Sequence record: SRR31156797_3034
Length of the DNA: 52,675 nucleotides
Direction: 5' to 3' (one strand)
Made by a program: the position numbers and the translations under genes. The notes beneath the pieces were generated by a model. It saw only the letters and a list, made by a program, of their open reading frames with translations, searched no databases and was not told where the DNA came from. This document shows positions 50,969-52,675 of the stretch, one piece after another (position 1 is the stretch's first letter; each line of letters opens with the position of its first letter).

Positions 50969-51467
50969 GAATACTAAAAATTAAATTATCAGAACTCTTT
51001 GTTATATGCTACAACGTAAAAGGGTACGAGGGTAAACGAGGTGTACGATGAAAGTTAAGGTTAGAAGTAAAACCTTATTTGCTACAGATGATTAAGCTCA
51101 ATACCTTTTAAAATATAATCCAAATACCGGAATGGCTTTGTTGGATTTTTACAGAGACAAGTCTGTTGTTTATGTTGCCATAAGAGAGAAATTTCTTTGA
51201 GCGTGCAAATGTAGTGTTTACTACATAAAAATGGTATGAGTTGGTGATAAATTTATTTTAATTCTTCATTGGCAGTGTATTTTATCTAGAATTCGATTGT
51301 AAATACAGGAAGAAGGAGTAGTTCTCAATATTCTGCTTTTCTACACCTTATAATATATATAGCCCGCTTTTCTTAACCTATATCAATATCATTTCTTAAC
51401 ATAGGTCAAGTGAGTTAGGCGTGTATGTATCATACTTTTGTAATGTTCACTTCTAATAAGGAATAAG

Positions 51468-52352
51468 ATGAAAAGACGATCATTTTTATATAAACTATCG
51501 GCAGCAGTGCCGGCAACAATGGTAGCTATGAAATTAAATGCATTACAACATATGACAAAGTCGCTGGAGAATTCTCCTAAAATGCCCGTATTATTTCTGG
51601 GTCATGGTAGTCCGATGAATGCCATTGATGAAAATGAATTTGTACAGGGATTTAGAAATATATCACATGAAATAATCAAGCCTCAGGCCATATTAGTGGT
51701 TTCAGCACATTGGGAAACATCAGGTTCCAGAGTAACTGCGATGGAGCAACCTGAGACCATTCATGACTTTGGCGGATTTCCAAGAGCTTTATACGAAGTT
51801 CAATATCCGGCTCCGGGTTCACCGGAATTAGCCAAAGAAGTCGTTCAAATGGCTCAGACAAGCGATGTGCATTTAGATGATAAATGGGGATTGGATCATG
51901 GGGCATGGTCGGTAATTAAACACATGTATCCCAAGGCAAATGTACCTGTGGTTCAATTAAGTCTGGATTATAATAAAAGTGCTCGCGAACATTATGAATT
52001 GGCTAAAGAGCTCGTTAAACTTAGAGAAAAAGGAGTACTAATTGTAGGTAGCGGCAATATTGTGCATAACCTGGGAATGGTTCATTGGGGAAAACTAAAT
52101 GAAAACTATGGCTATGATTGGGCTAACGAAGCCAACCAAAAGGTAAAGGAATTCATACAAAACAGGCAGCATCAGGACTTAATCAACTACAATAAACTAG
52201 GAAAAGCTTTTGAGTTGTCCATTCCAACACCAGAACACTATTTGCCATTGTTATATGCTTTGGCATTACAAGGAGATAAAGATGAAGTCAGCATTTTTAA
52301 CGATGAACCTGTTGGTGGATCTTTGTCCATGACATCAGTAAAAATTGGATAA
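51468..52352 (+). CDS. ygiD: DODA-type extradiol ring-opening dioxygenase (LigB family)
   Basis: FLGHGSPMNA, SAHW, HDFGGFP, GLDHGAW, GSGNIVHNL, PTPEHYLPL. Confidence 0.88.
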   Translation: MKRRSFLYKLSAAVPATMVAMKLNALQHMTKSLENSPKMPVLFLGHGSPMNAIDENEFVQGFRNISHEIIKPQAILVVSAHWETSGSRVTAMEQPETIHDFGGFPRALYEVQYPAPGSPELAKEVVQMAQTSDVHLDDKWGLDHGAWSVIKHMYPKANVPVVQLSLDYNKSAREHYELAKELVKLREKGVLIVGSGNIVHNLGMVHWGKLNENYGYDWANEANQKVKEFIQNRQHQDLINYNKLGKAFELSIPTPEHYLPLLYALALQGDKDEVSIFNDEPVGGSLSMTSVKIG

Positions 52353-52381
52353 ATAATAATAACATTTTAAATATAGAAATC

Positions 52382-52675
52382 ATGAAAATAGCTATTACAG
52401 GAGCAACCGGACAATTAGGGAATCTGGTTGTTGAACAACTAAAAGAAAAAGTAGCAGCAGAAGGCATTGTAGCATTAGTTCGTACACCAGAAAAAGCAGC
52501 AGCACTGGGAGTTGAAGCCAGAGCATTTGATTATGATGCACCGGAATCACTTGAGGAAAGCTTAAAAGGCATTGATCGCTTATTGTTGATTTCGGGAAAT
52601 GAGATTGGTCAGAGAGAGCGCCAGCATAAAAATGTTATTGATGCAGCTAAAAAAGCAGGTGTACAATGGATTGTT
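52382..52675 (+). CDS. NAD(P)H-binding SDR/NmrA family oxidoreductase (YtfG/QorB-like), truncated by the window end
   Basis: Translated by hand (not in the ORF track): MKIAITGATGQLG...LVRTPEKA...DRLLLISG...QHKNVIDAAKKAGV. Confidence 0.85.
   Translation, partial: MKIAITGATGQLGNLVVEQLKEKVAAEGIVALVRTPEKAAALGVEARAFDYDAPESLEESLKGIDRLLLISGNEIGQRERQHKNVIDAAKKAGVQWIV

Noticed and set aside
50969-51213. Known riboswitch (nhaA-I, fluoride, cobalamin, SAM) upstream of sulP
   Set aside because: I could not find the conserved cores of these motifs by eye; kept only as an unknown leader
995-51906. Many short overlapping or antisense ORFs in the six-frame track (e.g. 2190-2528, 7060-7419, 15017-15340, 27168-27533, 30861-31235, 49854-50240)
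   Set aside because: They lie within well-supported genes and show no recognisable motifs; they are consistent with shadow ORFs

Overview
AT-rich Bacteroidota chromosomal window. Gene content and TAnnTTTG promoters suggest a marine Marinilabiliales-like organism (inference). It is mostly core and metabolic genes: truC-like pseudouridine synthase, GH51, purL, a queC-queE-queF-panE-DUF429 operon, an OM beta-barrel, GH2, tRNA-Arg(ACG), tonB, pabB-tilS, mnmA, DUF1338, a pta-hbd-like-ackA-ptb-buk fermentation cluster, a CPA antiporter, a T9SS serine protease, a long minus-strand run (prmA, a 1500-aa unknown, pepP, GT2, TlpA-like, DUF4465), tpiA-BT_3928-DUF1599, sulP, ygiD and a partial NAD(P)H quinone oxidoreductase. 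No integrase, transposase, prophage or CRISPR array was seen. The most notable signals are non-coding: (1) a variant preQ1-I riboswitch upstream of queC with a plausible terminator/antiterminator platform, (2) phased degenerate 7-bp tracts in spacers of the que operon, (3) a phased degenerate 21-bp array at 49093-49260, and (4) clean sigma54 and ECF promoters. Notable proteins are a 1500-aa internally repetitive beta-rich exported protein, a QueE with a non-canonical cysteine motif and a divergent 3-hydroxyacyl-CoA dehydrogenase. All calls come from reading motifs by eye; no searches were run.
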